A stretch of DNA of 64,000 nucleotides from Promethearchaeota archaeon (GTDB taxonomy: Archaea > Asgardarchaeota > Lokiarchaeia > Sigyniarchaeales > SOKP01): NCBI GenBank assembly GCA_048939015.1, contig JBHLPW010000009.1, forward strand, positions 1 through 64,000. Direction: 5' to 3'. Of this stretch, positions 8,296 through 17,846 are shown one piece after another (positions within the stretch are counted from its first letter, which is position 1; each line of letters begins with the position of its first letter). The translations under genes were made by a program, and so were the position numbers. The notes below the pieces were generated by a model. It saw nothing but the letters and a program-made list of their open reading frames with translations, was not told the DNA's origin and did no database searches.

Positions 8296-10161
8296 TTAGA
8301 TTTTTTCAAAGAATTCTACATAATCACCTAAATTAGCCTTAGATCTTTTAAAATTAAAAAGGCTAGAGCCAAATAGTTCTGTTAATTTAAGTATTATTTT
8401 TCTAGGGTCATCTTTTAAAAAGATTTTATATCTTTCATTTTTTCTTTCTTCCTGAATTTTCGCAATTTCATCTAAATCATATAATTTCTTAATCATAGCA
8501 TTATCAGGATTGTTTAATTCAACTGTTATGATTTCACCAGATCGAGGTAATTCTTTAATTAGGTTTTCAAAACTCTCTATTTTAGATTCTTGCTTTTTAA
8601 AGGTTAAAATTTGATCACAACCAGAAATTACTCCTTCAGGACCACAAAAGATTAAAATAACATGAAATTCTTTTTTAATTTTTTCTATATAGCTATTAAA
8701 CTTTTCATATTCCAATCTATTTAATATTTCATTAGGAATTAAAAACATTATTATCGTAGGGAATTGTATTAATGTTTTAGCAATCGAAAATAAAACGATT
8801 TCTAATTGTGTTAATTTAGAGTACACCTTATTTTTTTTATTTAATAAACCAGTTACTTCTAAAGCTTTTTTGATATATGACTTTGTACGACTAATTCTCA
8901 TTGGGGCTGCTAGAAATAGATCCCCCATTATCTGATCAATTTTTTGAGTAAAACCAGCACTCTTTAACATTTTATCTAACTTAGTTTTCCTATCTTTAAG
9001 GATTTCTTTTAAATTAGTTTTATATTTTATAGCTTTCTTAATTTTCATATTATTTATTTTTGAATCATATGCTGCGGGTAAAATAAATATCTTATCCAAC
9101 TCATCTTTACTTAATAATAGAATATTTCTCCCAAAAATCTCTATCTTCCCAGAATATTCGGGATAATTTCCAGAAATAGCCCATAATAAATAAAATAAAT
9201 TAAATCTATGCTGCTCATCATATAATAAACTTTCGTCATATAATATTCCTATTGATTTTCCTCTGTGAATACTAAATGAGACATTTGATATATTATTCTC
9301 TATTGATACATTGCTAAGGATTAAATGTTGTGAATTTACTCCAATTTTATCAAACTTTAATTTATTTATAACTATTTCATGAATTGTCTCAATGAGTTGG
9401 TATAAATGAGGTGGATTTTGCTCGTTCCAATTTCTAATTATATCTTCTTCATTAAATTCTCTCTCACTTATAATCTTTAAAAGTGTTTTTGAAAAAGAAT
9501 ATGATGGTAAAAGAGGATATTTTTCAAAGTTAATTTCTAACTCAATTGTAAAAAAGTTGAAGGAAATTCGAACTTCCCTGTAGTAAGGATTATTATCAAT
9601 TGGATAATTTTCATATTTTAAATCAACCAATTCAATTTCTTTATCTAGTCTTTTCAAATGTTTTTGAAATTCACTTCTTATGAGCTTCCTCATACGAGCA
9701 ATTATTTTACGGGGACTCACAAGACCATCATCATCAAAATCTGGATCTACAATAATTTCACCAAAATCTATTTCATCTTCAGATGGAGTATATATTTTTA
9801 ATAATGGAACACCTTTTTCTATAACATCCCTATTTGTGAAGAATAATACCTCAAAAAAGGATCTTTTATAGACTAAATTTAAGATTGATGCAATCCCAAA
9901 AGTTTTTTCTCTGTATGTCATCCAAAAACGTTTAGAATATCTAACAGCATCTAATATTTTTAATCTAAGGCGTTCTAATTCAACATCTCTAGAGTTCTTA
10001 AATTTATCTGTTTTCTTTACCTGGGAAATTTGAACTTCATTAGTACGCTTCATTTTAATATTCTTAAATTTATTAGAGATATGTACTTTCTTCAATACTC
10101 CTGATTTTCTTATTTTAAGACGTTTTAATGGAGGTTGCTTAAATTTTTTAGACTTCTTCAA
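8296..10161 (-). CDS. UEV/RWD (E2-like) domain(s) fused to a degenerate ABC ATPase domain
   Basis: IELEINFEKYPLLPSYSF...RNWNEQNPPHLYQLIETI; then NVSFSIHRGKSIGILYD (no Walker A), SGKIEIFG, KLTQLE (signature lost), IIMFLIP (Walker B lost); likely TTG start 10161. Confidence 0.65.
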   Translation of the reverse strand: MKKSKKFKQPPLKRLKIRKSGVLKKVHISNKFKNIKMKRTNEVQISQVKKTDKFKNSRDVELERLRLKILDAVRYSKRFWMTYREKTFGIASILNLVYKRSFFEVLFFTNRDVIEKGVPLLKIYTPSEDEIDFGEIIVDPDFDDDGLVSPRKIIARMRKLIRSEFQKHLKRLDKEIELVDLKYENYPIDNNPYYREVRISFNFFTIELEINFEKYPLLPSYSFSKTLLKIISEREFNEEDIIRNWNEQNPPHLYQLIETIHEIVINKLKFDKIGVNSQHLILSNVSIENNISNVSFSIHRGKSIGILYDESLLYDEQHRFNLFYLLWAISGNYPEYSGKIEIFGRNILLLSKDELDKIFILPAAYDSKINNMKIKKAIKYKTNLKEILKDRKTKLDKMLKSAGFTQKIDQIMGDLFLAAPMRISRTKSYIKKALEVTGLLNKKNKVYSKLTQLEIVLFSIAKTLIQFPTIIMFLIPNEILNRLEYEKFNSYIEKIKKEFHVILIFCGPEGVISGCDQILTFKKQESKIESFENLIKELPRSGEIITVELNNPDNAMIKKLYDLDEIAKIQEERKNERYKIFLKDDPRKIILKLTELFGSSLFNFKRSKANLGDYVEFFEKI

Positions 10162-13100
10162 CTTTAGGTACCTCCATTGCTTTATACCGGAAATATTGCT
10201 CCATTTTTGAATCAATCTGTTTTATTTCTAGTATTGAATTCTCGCCTATTTCCCCTTCAATTTCCTTGATTAAATTATCTATATTTAAATCGGTGAAAAC
10301 TGAATATTCGGTGCCAACTTTGTTTTCTAAAACTTTATCAATACCTTCAATCGATTCAAGTCGAGAAATCACATTCTTCCTTATTTTTTTAAATGTGATC
10401 TCAATAGATCTACCTTTACCTGGTAGAGTAGCTAAAAGCTCTATTGGTTCTCCAAAATCAATCATTCCTCGTTTTCTGCCAAAAATTGCTACTAAATGGC
10501 AAAATCGTGATTCTTCTGGATAATGAGTAATAACAATTAAAGTAGTTTTGAATTGTTCATTAATTTTAGTTAATACTAGCCAAAGGTTCTCTCTAACAAC
10601 AGGGTCTAATCCACTAGTAGGTTCATCTAATATTAAAAACATTGGTGAGTGTATTAATCCTATTGCAATACTAACTCGCCTTTTTTGTCCTCCAGAAAGG
10701 TTTTTGACATACTCATTCTCCTTATCATCTATTTCTAAGCTCCGTAAAATTCTTCGAGTTCTACTTATGATTTCTTTTTCACTAAGCCCATATTGTGTTC
10801 CAAAATATATTATATTCTCCAAGGTAGTAAAATCATTGTAAATCTTCCCTAAATCTTGTGGAACATATCCATATATTGGTCGAATTCTTTTTGAAGTACG
10901 CTTATTTATATTCATTCCGTAAATTTGACAAAACCCTGTAGTTTTTCTCATTCCAAGTAAACCTTTAATAAAAGTCGATTTACCTGCACCACTCTCTCCT
11001 AAAATTCCTAGTATTTTACCGTGTTTTACATTCATCGAGACAGAATCAACAATTAATTTTCTTCCAGCATATACACTAAGATTTTCACAATTTATAGCAG
11101 AAAACTTTTCTAAATACTCTCGTTCAAGTTTTCCTCCAATTCCTAACCTTAACTTTATCTTCTTTGTGATTGAAAGTCTTTGATGCAACTTTATAACAAT
11201 ATATAAAATGAATCCTAGCGCCTCAATCAATAACACATATATTAATAAATCAGACCAAGGTTTTGGATCAAATCTCTGATCATATCTCAATTCATCTATA
11301 ATAGACACACCGTAAGCTATATTTCTTAAATCACCTCCAAAATGGGGAATATCACCAATACCTCCAGTGTTATCACTAATGCATTGTGTAAACCATTCAA
11401 AAGTAAATCGAATATTTTCTGGTTGAAATCTATAATCATAAAGCCCTTTTGCACCAAAATAAGTTATAAAAAATGTTGAAGGTAGATCTAAATACGCTCC
11501 AAAAGCTGGCAACACTGAAAATGAGCCATCTGAAATTTGTGCATTTTTTAGAAAATCGATAGCTGCCATTTTAGAAAATGGTTCAGAATTTAGGAATTTA
11601 ATGAATATTTCAAGCCCATAATATGTAGAAATCACATCACTATGAAATCCTATAAACATCGAAAATCCCCCATCTGGATTTTGGCAAGATCTCATCCAAT
11701 GAGTTAGACTAATTTTATCAATAATATTAGATCCATTAACGATATCGAGTGAATTTAAAGCCCAATATGTACTCTCAATAGTTGAAATATTTGAATTAAT
11801 AAAATACAAGAATACTTGATAAAATGGTCCAAATAATGATAAAATAGTTTCAACATCACTATATACACTGAAACCACCATCAGGATTTTGGAGTTCTCCT
11901 AAATAATATTGAATATTGTCAATATTGGATGTATTTAACCACGTGTTTGTGAAAGGATAAAGCATTTTATAAATGTTTAATCCGCAATATGTCGCATAAA
12001 GAGTTGCATTTTCACCAGGGGAAGATCCAAAACCTCCTTCATAAGAATTATAACATAGATCAACAAAATTGATAATATTTTCTAAGATCTGTTTAGATAT
12101 TATTTCTTTATTTATAAAATCAGTGAAAATCTTAGGATTATAAGCATATAAAGCTGAAATTCCATAAAAGTTTGCCTCGATTGTAGTCTGACCGAATAAA
12201 GCATTTTTAGCTTGATAGAAATGAAGCCAATCATAATATTTTTCAGTAGCATTAATAAAATCTGATGTATGTATCAATTTTTCATCTTTAAGAATTTTAA
12301 GAGCATTCATAGTCGCCCATCCTGCTTTAAAATCTGAACTAGAATTTTGCCATGGACGTAAGCCAAAACCTCCATCTGGTTTTGCACAACTTAATATGTA
12401 AGATAGGGTCTTATTCGTATCAAATAATAAAGGTTTGTCTAGTCCTAAAATATGCAGTGTTGAAAGTGCATAATAAGTTGATTCAATATCAGAAAATCCC
12501 CCTGGGACACTTGCAAACCCATTATCAATGGTATTATAGAGAGAATTAAAATAAGTCCATATAGTAAGAAGATCTCCATAATTATATGTCAAATTCATTC
12601 CTAGATACGCTTTAATTCCAAAATTCGTTGTTTCTGCTGTTACTATGCTCAGATTACTATCTGTAAGTCTATAACTTCCTGTCAACCAGGTAGTATTAAT
12701 ATATTTTACAATATTATCATTTTTAAGGATATTACCCACGTTTAGAGTGTTTGCTAAATAGATAGCACAGGAGGTAGAAATTATATCAGTTTCATTTAAG
12801 AATGGTATTATTTTAAATCCTTTTCCATCATCTTTCAATGAATTGTTCAAATAATTAGTGATATTTTTTGTCTTATTTTGTTCGATTTTATTTGTCAAAT
12901 ATGATTTATTAATGATTTCTAATGTTTTTATAGCTTCATACGTAGAAATCATATTACCAAAACCACCTATATCTGAATATGAACCATCAGGGTTTTGCTT
13001 TTCAAAAATAAAATCTAAGAAAAAGTTAGGTTTAGAGCCTCTTATAAAAATATTTGAAATATTGTTTGGATTTACTAATTTAGAAGAAGTTTTACTAGCC

Positions 13101-13363
13101 AAAGAAAAATTTATTGAATCAATTGCTCTAAAATTAGTTTCAATTGAAGGTTCAATAAATAACCCCAACTCATTTTGATGACTCCATGTGAAAAGAGCAG
13201 ATTCTTCTTTAATTTTTTTAATTTCATCTCCCTTGATATATTCAATATATCGGATATTCACTAGAACTAAAGCAATGCTAGGTAAGCTGAAAAGCATAAT
13301 GATTAATATTATGAGCTTTAACCGTCGTTTACCTTGATGACTTAAATTTATCTTTAAACCTAT
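10148..13363 (-). CDS. Fusion: signal/TM, about 11 prenyltransferase-type repeats, TM helix, intact ABC ATPase and C-terminal regulatory-type domain
   Basis: Repeats such as QNPDGSY, CAKPDGGFG, LQNPDGGFS, CQNPDGGFS...DVISTYYGL; TM LLIYVLLIEALGFILYIVI; GESGAGKST, YVPQ, LSGGQ, ILDEP, ITH. Track start is 13297; frame is open to ATA 13363 behind GGTGA. Confidence 0.85.
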   Translation of the reverse strand: MGLKINLSHQGKRRLKLIILIIMLFSLPSIALVLVNIRYIEYIKGDEIKKIKEESALFTWSHQNELGLFIEPSIETNFRAIDSINFSLASKTSSKLVNPNNISNIFIRGSKPNFFLDFIFEKQNPDGSYSDIGGFGNMISTYEAIKTLEIINKSYLTNKIEQNKTKNITNYLNNSLKDDGKGFKIIPFLNETDIISTSCAIYLANTLNVGNILKNDNIVKYINTTWLTGSYRLTDSNLSIVTAETTNFGIKAYLGMNLTYNYGDLLTIWTYFNSLYNTIDNGFASVPGGFSDIESTYYALSTLHILGLDKPLLFDTNKTLSYILSCAKPDGGFGLRPWQNSSSDFKAGWATMNALKILKDEKLIHTSDFINATEKYYDWLHFYQAKNALFGQTTIEANFYGISALYAYNPKIFTDFINKEIISKQILENIINFVDLCYNSYEGGFGSSPGENATLYATYCGLNIYKMLYPFTNTWLNTSNIDNIQYYLGELQNPDGGFSVYSDVETILSLFGPFYQVFLYFINSNISTIESTYWALNSLDIVNGSNIIDKISLTHWMRSCQNPDGGFSMFIGFHSDVISTYYGLEIFIKFLNSEPFSKMAAIDFLKNAQISDGSFSVLPAFGAYLDLPSTFFITYFGAKGLYDYRFQPENIRFTFEWFTQCISDNTGGIGDIPHFGGDLRNIAYGVSIIDELRYDQRFDPKPWSDLLIYVLLIEALGFILYIVIKLHQRLSITKKIKLRLGIGGKLEREYLEKFSAINCENLSVYAGRKLIVDSVSMNVKHGKILGILGESGAGKSTFIKGLLGMRKTTGFCQIYGMNINKRTSKRIRPIYGYVPQDLGKIYNDFTTLENIIYFGTQYGLSEKEIISRTRRILRSLEIDDKENEYVKNLSGGQKRRVSIAIGLIHSPMFLILDEPTSGLDPVVRENLWLVLTKINEQFKTTLIVITHYPEESRFCHLVAIFGRKRGMIDFGEPIELLATLPGKGRSIEITFKKIRKNVISRLESIEGIDKVLENKVGTEYSVFTDLNIDNLIKEIEGEIGENSILEIKQIDSKMEQYFRYKAMEVPKVEEV

Positions 13364-13380
13364 TTTTTTATCACCTTAAC

Positions 13381-14355
13381 TTATTTCAAATAAGTCTCTT
13401 TTTCTTCCTCCTTTTGAATTCTAATTTGAAAAAACCTACGAAAAGAAGCAAGATCCTTACTCATAGAATTGATTTTTATATTTTCATCAATCATATAATG
13501 AATCAAACTGGTGAGATTTTCGTCAAAACCGTCCATTAAAATTTCAATTATTTCATTTCCACTCCTTAAGATGTTTTGAACGGGTTTAAATCTTTTAATT
13601 ACATCCATAATTTTTTCATTTAAATTTTCAATTGTAAATCTTGCTACTAAACCATAACTCGGTAATGATGATATTAAATTTTGGGGTGTATCGAACTCAA
13701 GTAACCTTCCGTTTCTCAAAATCGCGGCTTTATCACATATTAAAGCTGCTTCAAGATCATGAGTAATTATGAACATTGTAGTATTAAGACTTTGATTTAA
13801 TTTCTTTAAGTAGCTTAAGATATCATATCGCTTACTTGCATCAACACCCGTGGTTGGCTCATCAAGGAATAATACACCGGGATTATGAATTAATCCGATA
13901 GCCATCGATAAGCGTTTTTTCTCACCTCCACTCATATGTTTTACTGGCTTATTCCATGTATCTTCAGGTATATCTAAAATTTTAAATAGCTTCTTTGCTA
14001 CTTCTTTCGCTCGCTTTTTACTCATTCCATATGTTGAGGTAAAGATTTCAACATTAACCATTGGACTTAGATCAAAATATAAATTTAATAATTCTAACTG
14101 AGGTACATATCCAATTTTACTTAATATTCTTTGGTGATTAGATTTTTTTGCTGGAGATAAATTTGTGACCTTTACTTTTCCTGTCCAATTTTTCTTATCG
14201 ATTTGACATGTTAATACTCTAACTATTGTCGTTTTTCCTGCGCCTGAAATTCCAAATAATCCAATAATTTCTCCTTGATTTACATTAAAATTGACATCAA
14301 ATACAACTTGTTTCTCCCCGAATTTAACATTTAAATTATTGACTTCAACCATCAT
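13381..14355 (-). CDS. ABC transporter ATP-binding protein (DrrA/ABC-2 type)
   Basis: GISGAGKTT, YVPQ, MSGGE, FLDEP, ITHD. Confidence 0.95.
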   Translation of the reverse strand: MMVEVNNLNVKFGEKQVVFDVNFNVNQGEIIGLFGISGAGKTTIVRVLTCQIDKKNWTGKVKVTNLSPAKKSNHQRILSKIGYVPQLELLNLYFDLSPMVNVEIFTSTYGMSKKRAKEVAKKLFKILDIPEDTWNKPVKHMSGGEKKRLSMAIGLIHNPGVLFLDEPTTGVDASKRYDILSYLKKLNQSLNTTMFIITHDLEAALICDKAAILRNGRLLEFDTPQNLISSLPSYGLVARFTIENLNEKIMDVIKRFKPVQNILRSGNEIIEILMDGFDENLTSLIHYMIDENIKINSMSKDLASFRRFFQIRIQKEEEKETYLK

Positions 14356-14384
14356 TTTCTTTGATTTTAATGAGCTAATTTTTC

Positions 14385-15650
14385 TTACACCTCATATTTT
14401 CTTCTTTTAAAGATGAGAAAGGAAAATACAACTAAAATCAAGCTAATTCCAAGCAACCAAAAAAAATGATATCCCCATATAGACTGACCTTTTGTAATAA
14501 TACCACGTAATAAAGGATCTCCATGAGATAAAGGGAGTATATATGCAATAATTTGTAAATACGAAGGCATATTTTCAATAGGAATGAAAATACCACTTAA
14601 TAGAATTATCACTAAGTAAAAAGCTATAAATAATTGATTAGCCTGGGTTTTCGTTTTGCTTAATGAACTTATAAAAACACCCATAGTTATACCAGAAAAA
14701 CCTATAATAAACAGTGCTAAAAATAAATCTATTACAGAGCCTGCTAAAAACATACCCATAGCTAAAGCACTAATTAATAATAATGAACACTGAACTAGTA
14801 ATACAATTGTATATGTTATATACTTAGAAAAAATAATTTCTGATCTTGTTATTGGAGTAAGTAGAAGCCGGGCTATTGGTTTTTCTTGAACTACAATTAA
14901 TATGGATAAAACAAATGCTATGCCGAAAATCATAAATGAAAAAGTAAGAATTATATTAGAATTGAAACTAACGCTATAACCTTCTGGGATCGTAAACTCT
15001 TCAAACCCTTGTACTACAAATTGAGGTTTAAGGCTAGTGTCATTAATAAATATTTTAACTGAATCATAAACTGCATTTATATTTGTTTGAATATTTTGAA
15101 TATTTGAGGCATCCGGAATACAATCTACTAATCCAGGTAAACCTAATTCTAATAATTCAGTAAAATCAACGGGTAATGATATAATGATGTTAATTGTTCC
15201 TTCTAATAAGGCAGTCCTCGCATATTCCATTGCATAAATTTCTTCTGTAGCATTATAGAATTTAACTAATTCTAATAAAACTGATTTATTGACAGCATTG
15301 ACATACGGTATTGTATAATTGTCATGCCTTGATTCAAAAAAGTCGTTTGGATTTATAAATGTATTAGAATCATAAGATACTACAACACAAGGAATCGATT
15401 GAATCTCTTGGTTTGTATCGTTCATTGTTAAGCCTAAAAAAGCAATTATTAAAGGAGGCATTACAATAGCAAGTAATATATTGAATTTATCTGTCCATAG
15501 AAGTCGAAATTCTTTCTTAACTTGCATTATAATCCTAAAAATTTTATACTTTATACTTGAATTCTTCTTAATATCATTTTTAGATTCAACTTTTAAATTA
15601 TGACTTTTGCTTTTGATTTTCTTTATTTTTAAGTTAAAAGATTTTTTCAT
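14385..15650 (-). CDS. ABC-2 type permease with large extracellular loop
   Basis: KKEFRLLW.D, TM1, extracellular domain, RLLLTPITRSEIIFSKY, LSGIFIPIENMP, ILPLSH. Confidence 0.9.
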   Translation of the reverse strand: MKKSFNLKIKKIKSKSHNLKVESKNDIKKNSSIKYKIFRIIMQVKKEFRLLWTDKFNILLAIVMPPLIIAFLGLTMNDTNQEIQSIPCVVVSYDSNTFINPNDFFESRHDNYTIPYVNAVNKSVLLELVKFYNATEEIYAMEYARTALLEGTINIIISLPVDFTELLELGLPGLVDCIPDASNIQNIQTNINAVYDSVKIFINDTSLKPQFVVQGFEEFTIPEGYSVSFNSNIILTFSFMIFGIAFVLSILIVVQEKPIARLLLTPITRSEIIFSKYITYTIVLLVQCSLLLISALAMGMFLAGSVIDLFLALFIIGFSGITMGVFISSLSKTKTQANQLFIAFYLVIILLSGIFIPIENMPSYLQIIAYILPLSHGDPLLRGIITKGQSIWGYHFFWLLGISLILVVFSFLIFKRRKYEV

Positions 15651-15651
15651 G

Positions 15652-16806
15652 TCACACCTCTAATTTCTTAAACATATAGATGATATAAGCTAGTGAGACA
15701 AAAATCAAGGAACTTAAAATAATCCAAAATAACCTTGATAAATTTAGAGGTAAGCCTTTTAAAGTTATATCAGTTATTAGTGGGACAGCATTAGATAATG
15801 GAAGTAAATTCAGGAAAATTTGTACTCCCTGATTTGTAATATTTAAAGGAAGAATAGTTCCTGAAAAAAGAATTATAATTATAAACATAATTAGATACAT
15901 TTGGTTTGCACTTTGCTCTGTTGGACTTAAAACAGATATAAAAAGTCCAATGCACACTCCACTAAATCCAATCATTATTAGAACTAGATAGAAGTAAAAT
16001 AGTGAACCTAAACTATACAGTCCAAATAAAGCAATTGTGATTAATATTTCAGTCGATTGAAGCAACATAACTATAGAATTTGCTACTAATTTACTTAATA
16101 TTATCTCTCTCTTTGCTGTAGGTGTTATAAGCATCCGAGGAAGTGGAGCCTCAGCAACAATTGAGAGAGTGGTTAGATTCATAGTAGTTCCAAGAATTAT
16201 AATAGGTAAAATTAATGGGATTGCGTAATTCAGAATTGCAGACTCCCAAAAAGGGACATCAAATTCAAGATAAGGAACCATAATAGTAAAATTAGCAATC
16301 AACTCTGTTTGAGCTCTAAATAAAGCAATAGGTTCTTGAAGAGCAACCTCTATTGCAGTTATTGCGGTAGCATCAGATGCATCAATATGATAAATTAGAA
16401 CAGGATTAGTTTTGTTTTCAACTGATTCCGAGAAGTTTTCGGGTAATTCAATAAATATATCAATATCGCCATTCTGAAGAAAATTGTAGCATTTTTGATA
16501 AGCTTTATTATATTCTTCCTGATTTGTTGCATTAAAATATCTATAAAGGCTCCAAGATGAAGTTCCCTGTTTCATGATTGATATAAAATTACTGTCATAT
16601 TGAGAGGAATTAGTAGAGAAGTTATCATAAGTCGGCATATCATCACGAGTTATAATAGCAGACGTAAAAGATTTTGTAATTCCAACACCTGATGTAAGTC
16701 CGAAGATTAGAATGAGAATTATCGGAATTACAAACAATAAAACTAATGTTCGTTTATCAGATTTAATTCTACCAAATTCTTTTCTAATTAATCCACCTAG
16801 ATCCAT
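15652..16806 (-). CDS. ABC-2 type permease with large extracellular loop
   Basis: LIRKEFGRIKSDKR, RMLITPTAKREIILSK, FSGTILP, LLPLS. Confidence 0.9.
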   Translation of the reverse strand: MDLGGLIRKEFGRIKSDKRTLVLLFVIPIILILIFGLTSGVGITKSFTSAIITRDDMPTYDNFSTNSSQYDSNFISIMKQGTSSWSLYRYFNATNQEEYNKAYQKCYNFLQNGDIDIFIELPENFSESVENKTNPVLIYHIDASDATAITAIEVALQEPIALFRAQTELIANFTIMVPYLEFDVPFWESAILNYAIPLILPIIILGTTMNLTTLSIVAEAPLPRMLITPTAKREIILSKLVANSIVMLLQSTEILITIALFGLYSLGSLFYFYLVLIMIGFSGVCIGLFISVLSPTEQSANQMYLIMFIIIILFSGTILPLNITNQGVQIFLNLLPLSNAVPLITDITLKGLPLNLSRLFWIILSSLIFVSLAYIIYMFKKLEV

Positions 16807-17139
16807 TTTATAAGTTGTATAGGGATTTACACATTTATTCAGAAAATTAATTACTCAAATTACATATTTAATAAATTTTAAAAGAACCTATTGTATATAG
16901 ACTATGGGTTATTAAGAATTTTTTTGTCAATTATGTCATTAACGAAATTTATCTGAATTATTTGATTCTACCGATAAGTACTACAAATTAAAATATAATA
17001 AAAAAAAACTCGGTTTAATTATCGTCTTTATTCTAATCTAAAAATCGGATTTATTAATTTCTTACATCTATTGAGTATTTTAATGGTTCTTTAATTTCTT
17101 TTTTACTCATCAAAGATAAGGATTTAATAGATGTCTATT

Positions 17140-17682
17140 CTAAATATTAATATATTCCCTTATATGAGAATTTAATGAAGGTTTAGGACGTCTATTATCA
17201 TTAATTATAAATTCATGAAAAATGAAATTATTATCATCAATAAATTCCCAAAATTCATCATATATTTCTTTTTGAGTCATACTACTTTTTTTTTTTGAAA
17301 TAAGCTCTTGTTTTGGTCTATTTATCTTCTTAAAATCTTTTCGTTCAAAGGATTTGCATTTTACTTTCTCACCTTCAATAATAAGTTGTTCGAAAAGATC
17401 AGTATCTTTATTCTCATTTAGATTAAAAGCTTTTACACCATTTCTTAACTTAGTTGAATTTGCATTATTTAATTCTAAATCAACTTTTTGATAACCTCGA
17501 ATTTGAAAATTATTATCCATGAAAAATTGAAAATGGTGAGGACATATTAATCCTTTATGGACAGAAATTGTGGTTAATTGAGATTTCTTATTTAATCTTG
17601 AAGTGGGTATACCAACAATATCTCTTTTTTTACAAATTGGACAAATTACTTCAATTTTATTTGTTCTACTAAGGATTTCCAT
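17140..17682 (-). CDS. Hypothetical protein with N-terminal CxxC...C-x(2)-H Zn-binding domain
   Basis: VICPICKK...LICPHHFQFFMDNNFQIRGYQKVD; same domain at 49440-50288. Confidence 0.6.
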   Translation of the reverse strand: MEILSRTNKIEVICPICKKRDIVGIPTSRLNKKSQLTTISVHKGLICPHHFQFFMDNNFQIRGYQKVDLELNNANSTKLRNGVKAFNLNENKDTDLFEQLIIEGEKVKCKSFERKDFKKINRPKQELISKKKSSMTQKEIYDEFWEFIDDNNFIFHEFIINDNRRPKPSLNSHIREYINI

Positions 17683-17846
17683 TATAGTCTCACATAGAAA
17701 AATTGTTATTAAGTTCTAAAAACTTCTCCCAATAAAGATATTTAAACTTAGCATTTTTATTCTCTAACACCGAAGCTTTAATTTCAATAAATAATTCTAC
17801 CAATTATTATACCTATTCTAACTCAAATATACAAGGAGTTATTATC

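Noticed and set aside
10162-10215. 68-nt overlap implied by the track start of the UEV-pseudo-ATPase gene
   Set aside because: A TTG at 10161 gives a short, typical coupling overlap; the extension is probably not translated.
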